This document shows, piece by piece, positions 13,957 to 27,800 of a stretch of DNA of 64,000 bases. This DNA is from Balanoglossus misakiensis (Eukaryota; Animalia; Hemichordata). Position 1 is the stretch's first letter, and each line of letters opens with the position of its first letter. A program made the translations under genes and the position numbers. The DNA lies in NCBI GenBank assembly GCA_040954595.2, contig CM082581.2, positions 11,344,286-11,408,285 on the forward strand. Reading direction: 5' to 3'. The notes beneath the pieces were generated by a model. That model was not told where the DNA came from and did no database searches. It was given only the letters and a program-made list of their open reading frames with translations.

Positions 13957-16524
13957 GGAACAAAAGTAACAGCTTCTGGCATGTTTAACACTTTCACCCC
14001 GAGTTGTTTGTAAAAGTACAACCCCGAATCCATTCAGGAATTCCAACTTAGGCAAACAGAAAAAAATCATTTAGAAGCAGAGAGTGGTATGCAGGGAGTA
14101 CAAAAATACAGCTGTTTTCAAAACCTGGCATCGTGTCATCGTTATTGTTGCGGTCCATTGTGCACACCGTCATCACCCGACATGGTACCAGTTCAAACCG
14201 TTTGACGCGATGTATTTCCGAAGTTGCCGGACTTTATATGAATTAATCATGAAGCAGCGTGTCAATTTCATAAACCAGTCATTACACTTTTATTGAGATA
14301 TGACGATTCCGCTTAAGAAAACCGATAAAACTTACGAGTGCCAAGGCACTATATACCAAGGCTAACGTCCCATAGTCATTAAAACAAGAAAAAGGCCACA
14401 GGGCGTGCTGTAAGTACTAAAAGGTCATTTCTTCAGTCTTTGACTACGTAAACAGCGCCAGAAAATCATTGTAAATTATACAGATAGTCTCCAATATCGT
14501 CTTCCTATACCGCAAGATCTCCGGTATGCACAAATCGGGGTGGATTGGATCGAAATACTCATGCTATTAAACGTTCATAATTGACTCCGGAGAACAGAAA
14601 TTAGATATAATCACTATCTTCCTTTTCCAAAATTGATCTGGAAATCATTTCAGTTATTCTAAGAATTATTCTATTAATGATATAGTGGGAGAAAAAATGC
14701 TGCTAGTATCTTGAGCGTCGACCAATAATATGTATGATGCATACGGGTGATTAATGGACGCAGTCGAAGTTGAGGGTTATAAGCGGTTTTGACACGGCTT
14801 TAAATTTTGTAGGTCATCCTGGTGGGTGTTCGAGTGTGCTTAGCAAACGATTGATGGGCTGAATCACCATAACTTGGTTTTCATCACGTACACCGTGCCA
14901 TGTTTGCTTGCCTACAACGGTAGTTGGCTTGTTAATTGATAAGAGACGGAGAGTGATAAAACTAAACTCGACAGACAGGTTTGGTAGATAGAAGCAATAC
15001 GGAAAAGATGCAGAGAATTGAACAGAAGAAATATCCTGCAAGACCTAGTTTGTCATTTTTTTCTTTAAATTTCACCCCTAAAAAGACTGAGCTATATGTA
15101 AAGGGACGGGGTTGTGCCATGGTACACTATTCACGAGCGATTGCACAAGGGACATGGGCAACTGTCTAATCAGAGACAAACACACGACAGAATTGTTAAA
15201 GATTTTCAACCACCAACTAATTGAAATCCCCATTCAACAAACATTAAAAAAATCCAATATCATCACAAAAAGCAAACTTTCATTAGAATCAATTCTGAGT
15301 GAAATCGGATGATGATCACGAAATCCTTCGGTGATTTCAGGGAACACTGCAAAGGGCCTTTTGGAACGAAGTAAGCCGTGTGTAAGTTGCAAAGAGACTG
15401 ATCTTGAAATTCTAAGGCGAACCAGTTTACATCAAATGCAAATCATGATTACATGTACCCACAATGCGAAATGCATCGAGATTCAAACTGAAAATTTGAG
15501 GGGGTATAGGATGTCTGAGGGTAGCGCAGTGCATTGTGGATTCGGTGAAAGAACCGGTGAAGAGGAGATTGCCCAATGGACAGCTGAAGAGAACCAACGA
15601 CAGAACGGGTGAATAGTTCAAACTCTAGCGGATAACATGTAGTTGGTTCGCATTTTACTGAATCGTGGGTTATGTATGGGAGGAGAGATGTAACGGGGAC
15701 AACGTGCTCAATTGCGTACATTTATTTTTGTTGAATACATGCATATACCACATGGTGTGAAGGGGTGATGAGAAAATCACTATGGATGAATACAAGGAGG
15801 TCGCCATAACAACCAAACAACGCATTTAATGATGTTCAGAATTTTGAATTTGCTCTCTGTTCAAATGCCCTATAGGGTGTGCTTCCCAGTTAATGAGAAA
15901 GTGTAGTTTACCAAACAGACATTTGGATAATGAGTATCAGTTGCTAAGTGGACCAATTTATAACCTGTGATGAATAAACGATGCCAATAATAGCCAGACT
16001 CTCTATTGATGGATGAATTAATATGGGTGTTGATATGATTTAGTATGTGCTCATATGGGCAAAATAGAAAACTCCACACGGTGCAAAAGACGTTTTTCAA
16101 TATTTATATTCAGTAATAAAATTGGTAATGTCCTCGAGTATGATTGATGGCAGTTTTCAATGCCAATAGGTCAACACTTACAGCTAGACAGACAGCTTGG
16201 ATAGTTAGTTACCAACCAATGGAAGAGGGACCTAGACGCGTGAAAAAAATTGACAGGCGATTGGAGTAGATTTGTGCGAATAATCGCTGAAGTGGAATGA
16301 GATTGTGGTTCTATTTTCGTTGGCAGAGTTGACAGAGGTGATTAAATACAAGCGCCAAGAGTTCCACTTGTTACATTTTTTTTTCAAGGTAACAAAGTGG
16401 ATATCCACAGGGTCTTTCCCGGATGTACTCTTTGACTTCGCCACATGAAGCATCCTGTCAATTTTGTACTTTATTTTTCCGAAAGATATAGTTTACATTC
16501 CAAACCAGATAAATCAAATTAATT

Positions 16525-16591
16525 CCATCCATCCTTCCTTCCCTCCCTCCCTCCCCTCTCCATCCCTCCTTCCACACACCCACCCACCTAC
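16525..16591. repeat. C-rich low-complexity tract (CCAT/CCCT/CCCA)
   Basis: ccatccatccttccttccctccctccctcccc...cacccacccacc. Confidence 0.85.
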
Positions 16592-18784
16592 ACACTGGAA
16601 ACATTCTATTCAAGAAATGTTGAGAACCTACAGCGTATGTGCTGTTTGGAGATTTGTTTCAAACTCTGACAAGCTACATACAATCAGTACAAACATTCTA
16701 CCATATGTGTACTGAATTTAATAGTATAAATGCTCAGTTTACGAGAAAAGGGCTTTTGTTTCAGCCTTGAAAATGTCAATTATTCTACCTATTTTACCAT
16801 TAGAGGCATTTTACGAAATCAGACTCTTTTCACCGTGCATCTTGTAGTGATTTTAATATAAAATAACGGTCTTATATTTCATTTTACTGCTGCATTTATT
16901 TTAACCATTGTATTTGTCATTGCAAGAAAGGTTTCCTAATGAGGATAACAAATTTGACGAATAATAATAAAGTAATAAGAGGTGTGAAGTAAAAGAAAAA
17001 AGGACGCGAAACTAAGATAACTGGATAATAAAATCGCTGGAAAGTGGCATCGCTTAAAGGAACACGTTTCTTGACGTCAGTACGTGCACATGGAGTAGTC
17101 AATAACTTTGAGTGTCTCAGAGTACATGTACCGGTAGACAACTCCTTTGTCTTAAAATGTCTCCTGAGAACATGGCGTCAATAATCTTTTATCTTAGAGT
17201 TACTTTCGTCATATGTGGTGTACTAATTCTGGCCATGTTCTTTGCCATAGAAAACCCTCATTGCAAACTTCAAGTCCACCAACATCATTAATATGCGTGC
17301 CACGCCCATAGAAACCAACTTGAAGCCATTCTGAAACTGCACCTGTACAACAATTTCAATTTACATCCGCTCAACCGTTCTTAAGGTATGTTGCATATAG
17401 ACAGACACAGAGAGACATCACTACTGCCTGAACTCCCATGTGAACAGAAGAGATGAAGTCGATGCGCGGCGTGCTTCATAGTACACATAGGGGTCACAAC
17501 ATCCTGGTCTGACACTGACACGCTGTCAAATGAACACTGAGTGACATGTTTTCCAACAGACGAAATGTGACACATTAAAGCTATTATCAAAATAAATGGT
17601 GTTGACTATGCGATAGTAAAACAAAAATCGAGAGATCTCGTTATCTGTGTGAATGAATAAATCATAGACTCGGTGTATCCCTGAGCAATTTGATTTACCA
17701 TCGTGTCAAACCCAGATGACCTATGGTATTGACAATTCTTTACGCAAATAGTTAATTATTTGCCCTCAGATACAAAAACATGACAAGATAGTAATTCTCA
17801 GAGTGAATGATATTTGCCATGGGTAAAAAAATATGGCTCCATCGATACTATCTGATGACTGATGTGTTTGCCACCAGCTAGACAAATCTCTCGATCGACG
17901 CTGTCCCCTCCCTGATATATATCACCCATGTGCCCGTTGCCTATCAGTCTAGTTATGTACAAGCGACTTTTAATGAAACGAATGAACTGTTGAATACTCA
18001 GGTTATGTACTTTTCGATAGTGTGACAAACCTTGACGTATGCAGCCCTGCAATCATTCACTGCGGTTGCAATTATGCACCAGTCGTGTGTAAATTAGATG
18101 TATCAAGTCCAAATACCGATCAAAACCACACTGATGGATGACAAAGGGTGGGATGTGACTCGGAACGTCGAAGAATTAAAATATTATACGTTTTACCTCA
18201 GTGGCCGAAAGCTCAATTACGAATACTTGCCCGAATACTTCCTATACAGAAATTCACCGCGCGCCTAACGGAAATCTTTGATTGGGCTTAAGCAGTACAA
18301 AATTACATCTTAAGATTATAGTATGAACACCACATGATAATAAATTCTGATGTCATAAGTCTATGCTTATCACCTGGATTTGTAAATTTACGTTGGCAAC
18401 TAATAGTTATATGCAATGCTCTAAAGGAAGAGTACATGGGAATATTTCAAACTGTACCTTGTTAACGAGCTTCTTTCAAGAGCGATGAAATCTATAGAAG
18501 AGAAATTGTAATGAATTGTGACATTAATACGTAAAATGAGACGCCTTTGTGTTATTGTTCTGTTAACAGTGATTTTAGTGCAATACCATACGCTTGGGCA
18601 ATAGTTTCATCAAATCTAGGCCTAATAAGTCCATCATCTGAGATCTGAGTAATAGGCTGTCAGTTTTATTAAGACGTGTCTATTGTACTTGGTAGGTCTA
18701 TTAGTCTGCAGGGAATTACGACGAAGAGTTCATTACGTACGAGAAAATATGTGTGTCGTGTAACATAGTGAAGTCCACTTTTAT

Positions 18785-18840
18785 AGTGTTGTGTTGTGTT
18801 ATGTTGCATTGGGTTGCGCTGCACTGTGCTGCGTTGCGTG
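18785..18840. repeat. Degenerate pentanucleotide (GTGTT-like) repeat
   Basis: gtgtt gtgtt gtgtt atgtt gcatt gggtt gcgct gcact gtgct gcgtt; 5-bp period with drifting unit. Confidence 0.75.
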
Positions 18841-21800
18841 GAGCTGATTCAGAAAATTCACCATAGTGCAGAACCCGGTACCACCTTATACATTGTATAC
18901 AGTGCAGGGATTGCATAATGTTTTATAAAAGCAAGTCTGCAAACTCGTTTTCTGTGTGACTTATCAAAGTGCAGTCTGCTATTTATATGCTTTAAATTGC
19001 TATATAGGGATGTAGTCGTTCTAAGTTCCAAGCTGAAACAGTCACAAGTCATTTGGAATGTCCTTTAGATTCCCAAGAATTTGTTTGACTCTGTCTTGCA
19101 ATAATTCATCCGCTGCCTGTTAGGTATTAACCACGCTACACTGATTTTATTTATTTTGTTTTAATCTGTTAATCTACGAGCTTCCTGTGCAATTTGTTGG
19201 CTGTCTGAGCTTTAATACAAGTGTCCGTTGATGTAAATTAGTGCAGGTACGTTCAGACTTTAGATTGTTGTGACATACCTATGACAACCTGCAAAACATT
19301 GTCCTCTTAATGGCTTTTTCACTCATTTTATTTGAATATATCCCACTTCCTGACAGAATCTGTCTCTTGTTTGTTGCCTGTATTCGTATTTTACTGTGCT
19401 ACACTCAAAGAATTGAATCCACAGCGATATTGGTGATTTTCTTTCATGTTTTCCAGCAAAGCAACGGTATTTGATATTCCTCTTCTACCAAGCAAATACG
19501 CACAGACTATTAAGTTTTACTGGAGACTTCAACGCATCATGGAAAAATACAAGGAATATAAATCTCAAGGTAACGGAGAATCAGCTGCAAGTGCCATCAT
19601 TGATGGTATCGTGAATAATTTAGCGTCATCGCAATTGAATTGGAGACCATCGCGAGTTCTGAACCGTGGAATTACTGTAATAGTACGCTATAACAACATG
19701 CAAAGACGCGCCAACTTTCAGTTGTTCGTTGTCGTAATACTCATGGGATATGCATCCACTTTGATGACTGTGGCACAGACGGAATAAAATCACATTCGTA
19801 GACCTTTCTTGTCCATCAATACATTTATTTGTCTCCTCTGTTGTACTAATTCGCAATATTCGTGACATACTTTGAGATTTTTAACACGACTATTCGCTAA
19901 ATGTAAAGCCAGATAAGATTGGTCGTGTTATCTTTGCAGGAAAACTTAGACATTAGAGTTCATGGAAACCCCTGAGGGGTCTATAATGATAGGCGGACGT
20001 GGTTTCCTCATATACGCATTATTGAAGCCTGACACTGACGAAACCAACGCAAAATATATCCTAGCCACAAGCAGACTAGGTCTATTTAATCCGTTACCCC
20101 GCTTGGTCCAATATCGCAGCATTGTCAATGTACTTGAGGCTAAATTCTCCTGAGCAGTATTTCTATAGAACCACATTTTCTTCAAATCCACTCTGAATTG
20201 CATTCATAGCGCATGCTGTCCTTATCCGGTAGAAAACGCAGGTAGCTTGGTAAGATCACAATCTGACTGACCTCACATTAGTCGAAGATAACAGTCGCTA
20301 TCAATAATTATTCTGCCAAACAAAGCCGACCTGATAGTGTCCTTTGATGTTAATATCATCCAATCATCAACAGATGAAATTGAATTGACTAGTTTGAACT
20401 GGCTGTGCGGCGTTTTTTGCGCATTCAGAAATGGCAGTTTCTACAACACTTCACTGAATGATCCAGTTTTGCAATAAACCGGCAAAAACGAATGGGGGAG
20501 TGTGTAGCCCTCATTACAATGTAGGTCGCTCATTTGACCTCTCTATTACCAATTCTGTAAAATAAACTTAATTAAGCTCAGCATACATCATGCTTTCATG
20601 ATTGCTGTTAAGGGTATTTAATCTGTCATTCATCAGTATAAATTCTTTTAACGACGTTAACTGGCATATATTTTAATTTCTTCGGGTTTATTTCTGTGGG
20701 TGGGTTCAACTAAGTATTGATCTACATTCACCCTGCTAATAACTGTTCAATTCCGTCTTGCAGTCATTGCTGCATGCAAAGAAGGGTTGCCATTACACAA
20801 TAAAATGTGTTCATGGAATGGTGACAGATAGACCAAGATAGATCACTTGAATGTTAACAATCGCCCAAGAAACTTTTAGTGTTTGCGCTCATGGAATTGA
20901 TTAAAGTATTTCACATATTTCAGTTATGATTTCATAGAATATCTATTAGATTTCTTAAAACCCAAACTATATGCTTTTGTTGACAAGTTTTAAAATGGAA
21001 AAACTTCACTGGTGGAGCATCGTTTTTGTCCAAATTAGATGTCACATTGGAATATGGAACCATGAGCAGGACGCCAGGTGATCACTTACCCGACGCAGGA
21101 GGGCGAATAGTGTCCCGTCGCTAGAGTTTATAGTAATTTTTTTATTACATGGCGCTTGCAACTGCAGCAATTTAGTCATTTTCTACATATACCATCTAGA
21201 AAATCTTTAAAATGGCATGAACTCTGGGAATCGATCTTTAATGACACAGTGCGCATGAATGTATTTCGGTGTGTACGTGTTCAATGGCTGGGCTCGATTA
21301 GGCAACATGGCTGAAAGTGTATCAGACAAAAAAAGTTCCAGGTTCAGGGAAGCTTCACTGGATTGCCGTCTGAGAAACCGATCCGCACAAACTTTACTGC
21401 ACCACAAATTCCCTGGATGCTAGTATTCAAACCAAACCAAACCAAACCAATTGTAGTGAATATGTTGCGTAAACTTCGACTCACGTATATCAGCATTTCA
21501 GTTGCAAACATTTTACTGTAATGGGTGGCGATAGTTCCAATTATTATGGTCAATCTTAGCCTCTCATTTGAAGTAATTTACTTCATAGGCAATTAACCCT
21601 ATTCCAAGATGATATCTGGACAGCACTTCATGAGACTTTCAGGATGGCAAAATGGTTTCTTTATCTTCAGGTAAACAAAGTACCAAATAGCCAACAACTG
21701 AAAAATCAGTCTCGAGAATAACTGAAATTGATAATGAATAGTACAAATCTCTTCAAGTTATATTTGGCAGTATATAAGACAATATACGAAAGGTTGATGT

Positions 21801-24644
21801 TCTCTTCAAACGCCGGTCTCAATTATCAAGTTTGATCACGTTAAGCAATGAAAAAGAGTGAATGTTATTTACCAATGTAAGCAAGATAGTCTCGTAAATT
21901 CAGCTTCTTGGCAAGACAACCATGCAATGAAGTAGCTTAATACTGATGGAGTTATGATGAGAATTCAAGCATCTATATTCGTATTCATCATCCAACTCAA
22001 GGCCAAGGCGGACATTTTACGTGACAAGAAAACCAGAAATTTGCTGTCCCTTCTGTACATGGCCTTACGCGATGCATTTGAAAACATTGGTAGGAGCTCG
22101 GTTTCAAAATCAAGTCATAGTAAGAGAAGGATGCATCAATTCTGCAGTCTTAGAAACATTTTGAACATTTGGTAAACAAGTCATCGTTAATGACAGAGTC
22201 GCCTGGGGGTCATAACATATTTAGAAGCTTTTGAAATCACTTAGGCCATGGGAAATATTAGACAGAGGAAACATTAGATGAAGATACTTAATTAGTTTAC
22301 CTATCCTAAATGCTTTGCAGGCATGCCAACGAACGAATAGTCAAAAATAAAGATGGAGAAGTACTTAAGTACTTGCTTTACCGGATCGTATTAAAAGACT
22401 ATTATAAGACATGGAAACATTGACCGGTGACTGACGTTGCAGAGCTGGTGGTTTCACACCCCGAGGGCACAAAGTTAAATATTTGGACTGCAAAATTTTA
22501 AATGCCCCTTGCAAGAAATCAAATAATATATATACTTATCAAGAATAACCATACTACAACAGTTTGTTGTCTATTTCTAACAACCTCACCTCAAAAAAAT
22601 ACTGCTCATTTCTGTGTGAAGCTAACCTATTTATCCTACGTCATATTTTCACGACCATCTTCCGCATTTGTGGTCATTTTCCACAAATGTAATTTGATAC
22701 AGTGAAATGAATTTACCACCCGCCGATCATATACTACCGTTGAGATTAACCTCAATAATATCAATGTCATGCCAAGCCATTTCAGAAGGCCAGACATTTT
22801 AACAGGATGATCAGTAGTAAATTGATACAATGGCGCGCACGGATATTTTCATTGGAGTCTAAGAGTTGCGGAAATAAATTCTATTACAGAAATATTTCAC
22901 TAGGCTATCAAAAATCATGATTTAATGATAAGCGGCGGGGCAGTTGGTTGAGGACTATTGCATTTAACTTTTGTTTCTGATGAAAAGGCATATTATACAA
23001 GACTATTACATGCAAGCTATAGGGAAGATACGTCACATAACACCGTATTAGACTGACGCTGTCAATGCACTATGCTCCTGCGCAACATGATGGCACGATG
23101 ACACGAATTCGCATAATGCAGCCCATAGAAAATGCACTGCGCTTGCACGTGACAGGTTGAAATTGAAGCAATTTACTTACACAGCGGCTGTTTAACACGA
23201 TCACGTGAATGGTGGGTATATAAGAGGCAATGTGCAATATGCTAACTGCCAGGCGGAAGTAATTCAATTTGGTAATATTCATATAATCAAACAAACTGCG
23301 CATGACCCGTGGAAAGTAGACAATGTTGAAGGGAACTAGAGAGTTTTTGACATGGGCGTTGTATTAACTGGTCATTCTTCAGAAATTGTGGGAACAGACA
23401 GAAAGAAAGATATATAGACAGACAGACAGAAACGCGCACGCACGCACGATAAAGATTTTGTGAGGCTCTGAGGTCGATGGGGAACGACCGTCGGACACAC
23501 ACACACATCTACGCAGAGATGAAGAGAGAAATAAAGCCCGTGGTCGAAGGAAACCAATGCACTTAATTGTAAGTCCTTGCTGGATGTAAATATTCCAGCA
23601 TTCCGCACCAACAGTTCAAAAGGTCAGAAGCTTAGAGTATTACATGAACTTAGCAAATTGAGTTTTAATGAATCTTCAGCAAACATTGCTAATGGAAACA
23701 GTCGTGTTACGACAAGAAACAAATCGGTTTTGCCGGTAATGAAATATTCATTTGCTTCCCATTCTCCGAGTTGTTCTTGCCAGTCTCTGTTCCGGACTCC
23801 ACACCCAATAGCTTCACCGTTCTCATCAGCCATCGATATGCATGAAAATGCGATAAAAATCCACAATCTTATCAGCCTGGACCTCATTTTCTGCTCCGCA
23901 CCGGTGCATCTCGGGTCAATCTCTGATTAAAGGGGAAAGAATACCCAGTGCGTAACGCATGTCAGTCGGAGAAAATAACCAATTCACGCTTTTCATTCAG
24001 ACAGCAATTGATCGGGTTTCAGCTGTATAGCTAATCGGTTGAAACAATCTCCACGTTAGTATTTCTTCCCATGTTAGTATTTCATGCGATATTCATGCTT
24101 CCCGACACTGCTGACTGCTTACCAGCGTTTCCAGTTGAAAGATAATCTTTGCTCTGACGTTAGACTCCGTTTCATTATCGCCGTCTGCAAAGTACGGCCA
24201 CAGCACTCTCATTTGTAACTTCTGGTGTATCATTTTCTTCGACATTTTCGGCGAAAACTTTGATCTTACCAGTCCCGTTTAAACCCTGCAGGTTTCACGT
24301 TTCGCTGCCATCGTCATCACGGATCACGGAAACATGTCCCCGTTGGCAAGCAGGTTTGCCTTTCTGTTGAAGTGTCGGTAAAGATAAACAGCATAGGCAG
24401 AGACGTGTGTCTGATTAACCTTGATTTCTGAGGTCAAATCAGACGTAACTCTTGACCATTTGCGAATAACACGTCATATGTTATATATTGTTGATCCTTT
24501 GCCAAGTACGGATGCAAACTCAACAATTTATTACATATGACACATCGGATGTAGATTGTTGATATATTAGTACATTTATAAATCATCTTTTCATTTTTAG
24601 TCTACAATTTCTACCTAATAAATGTCCATTCATATCTACTAAGA

Positions 24645-24820
24645 CTACTGGGTATGTAGGTACATGTATATGGGTGGGTTGGGAGGCAGGTAAGAAGGAA
24701 AACAAGTAAGTACTTGTTGGTAGCTAGCAGATAAGCAGACAGGTATTACTAGGTAGACAGATAGGTAACATACACATAAATAGGTAAACATGCATATATG
24801 CACCGATCTACCTAGATACG
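24645..24820. repeat. Degenerate (GGTA/GATA/GACA)n tetranucleotide tract
   Basis: Repeated aggta/agata/agaca units; similar tracts at about 6945-7030 and 37380-37640. Confidence 0.6.
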
Positions 24821-27800
24821 AAGTGACGTCACCATTCAATACAAGTGCCGATAGATATGCGTTGGAGGGAATAAAAGAATTGTGCTGTACATAAACGTTG
24901 AACCATCTGAGATTAGCATTCCAACACTGTTTTGCGCTGTTATAAGACAAGTCCTGCGTGATGCCAACGTGATACAGCCAGGAGACACACATTACACACG
25001 GCTTCGTTAAGTTTATTTTAAATCAATAGCAAGCTCACGTTGTTCCATCGGTATCGACCTTGCGATTAATTACCTGTAAAATTAAGAACAATCATTAAGT
25101 AATAAGTGTGAAAGGATAATAGTTCTTCAGGCATTTGTGCGAAGCCATTAAACGAAACGACGTGCACGTGATATTAATTAATGTTGGGGGAAAGGTAACG
25201 TTATTGGCTTGCCTTGAAGTCAGCTTCTGTGTGGTCTTGTTGAAAGCTATCCGAGATATTAATGTACATCATCTTGGATATTCAGAGAACCAGATATCAT
25301 GACTTGGAATAAAGATGTAGGTTAAAAAGTAAGTAGCGAGATGTGAAAGAGAACAGACAACTTTGGCGGGATGAATTAACCTGGAGGGCGTGTGCAAACG
25401 CCTTGTTCTAGAACATGGCAAGATGGAGGTGTCCCGGTGAAAAATGTCATTACATTTAGCCGAAGGCACAAGAGAGGGTGATTATTTCTTAAACCTAAAT
25501 CACGGTTAGTCGGACGGAAAATACTTTCTCCGCATTCCACCAACGACATCCGGTCGAACGATAAGAAAGAAGATGCAAGCCCATGATGAGTAGCAATGTT
25601 CAAGACTGAAGTATTTCACAGTTGGACCGATGGCCACAACAGAAGTCAATGGTCGAATAGTCATAGGAACGTTCCTTCATGTATATACAGGAACCGACAA
25701 GCATTGCACCTTAAATGGTGATGAAGAATAAAATGTATCAAATGGTTGGTGTTGTACAAATATTGCTTGTTCGCTTCGTTCAGAGACTTTGGATGGAATG
25801 AATGTTTGTGTATTCCTTTTCTCTCCTTTGGTTCTATTACAGAACGAAACGTTGGTACAGTATCGTTGAAAAGGCCATGTCATTGAATACCACAAATTGC
25901 TAGCGGTGAGCTATCATTTTCAAGACAAGCAAATAAACAAATCCAATCCTTAGGCCGGATCCAGTAGCTCAACTTGGGCTCCGATTTGGCATTTTATAGA
26001 TTCTTCTATAATGCAAGACATGAAAATAATTGTTACAAGGGGATGAATCTGCCGTATCAGTTTTCAAATTAGTGTCCAGATTTTGTTTTCGGTCCAATTA
26101 TTGGAACTTGTCTCATTAGGTTTCCTGGGACTAGAAATATCGTGTTTGGCATTTGCTCAGATTGTTATTGCAAGTGAAATTCCTGGGACAGTTCGCTCGC
26201 ATGGATGTTATCGATGACAGAGTGTGTAAGAGGACGGAATAATGTCATGAAGCAAACGCAGTGTGTGCAAATACATGTACGTTCAACACACTGGGATTTT
26301 AAACTGTCATCACAATTCTTGTACAGTGTATGTCTCCATATGTCCTTGACGTTCAGATCGGCCTTTCACAGCAAAATCTGAGCAAGAATAAACAATAAAC
26401 ATATGCCATGAGAATTTTCATTGTACGTTCACCATACATATGTGCAGTGTCTGCTCGACAGTTTGATGGTGTTTCTAGCGTACAACAACGGCCTTGACTA
26501 GTGAATACAAGAGTAGTCTGACTGGATGATGAACTGTGCTGGTCTGCGCATGTAGTAGCGCTAGACCTGCAAAGCTTCAAGCAGACAACACAGAATGAAG
26601 TCGACATCACGTAAGAAAAGTCAAGAGAAATAGAATTCGATACACTGACATGCACCTTAAGTCAGTTGTACATTCCAGTTGTCTTAAGTAATTGCTGATC
26701 GGTTAGGAATAGTGTCAGGCCAGGTTCATCAAAACCTTAAAAGACTCAACTAAGTTTTCCCGGATTAACTTAACAAGATCATCGAGGGAATATCACGTGA
26801 CCGATTGCACCTGTCTGATAGCAGATATGATCACCCTGTTACAACTTTTAAAATGGTTCAACAGAGACTCTTGGGGTCAAGATAATACGATGAGTGAAGC
26901 TCTCTGACTGTGTTAGCAATTACACTACTGTATTCGACAATCCGTGGGGAATATCCACCATAATTAAACCGCGGAGAGAAAAAAGATAACCCGCGAAAGC
27001 GGGAGATAATTAACTGATCTCATTTGGTTTTTCTGGTTTCGTGTTCTCTTCGACAGACAACGCGTCATTAGAAATATTCAATACAGCTTACTGACTGTGA
27101 CGAGGACGAAAGTATCTTAAGGTTGGGATATATACATGGCCTATGTGTTCCAAGTTTTACATCGCCAAATGCACATGATCACTGAAGCATAACTTTACTT
27201 TGGAGAGAATTATTTTTTTCGGTCCAGGCTGAAAAGGACAGTTTCAAAAGTACATCAGCCGGCCTTGCAAAAAACAATGATTAAACATTTTATTACCCAG
27301 TGTTTCCAAACGTTATTTCATCGAATAAACAAGTATACAGGGATCTGTCAAGTTGGATATCGTCAGTTCAATATGCGTCCTCCTACACGCTCTTCTTGAT
27401 GATTTACACAAAGTGGTCCGCTTCATATTGACGTACACTCTCTACGGGAGACGTAGACAGTTCCTGCAAAGGTGACTTCAAGCCGAGTTTATACACCATT
27501 AGCAATTTTCTTTCAGACACTTTCTGGCTCACATTGGCCAAATGCAAACCATTGTCATATTGGCTATATACAGGTGCACTTGAAATGTTCATATGTTCTT
27601 CTCTATTAGGATATATTCCAACCTCTTATTGAATATGTAATAGTGACTTTTTAGCTTTGTCCTAAACATGTATAACTCATGATGATGATGACGATGATTT
27701 CAAGCGATTTTTAATCGACGACTTCTTCGTGTTAACAGGGAAATATTGCAGACGTCTTAATTTTCATGTGAGTTTTCCTTGCAATGGAACAATTTGCAAG

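Noticed and set aside
13697-14070. Gly-rich, Thr-rich and Val-rich ORFs in three frames
   Set aside because: All are translations of the (CCA)n microsatellite
19446-20203. ORFs of 63-113 aa
   Set aside because: No recognisable domain or consistent splice frame; lengths are within chance expectation
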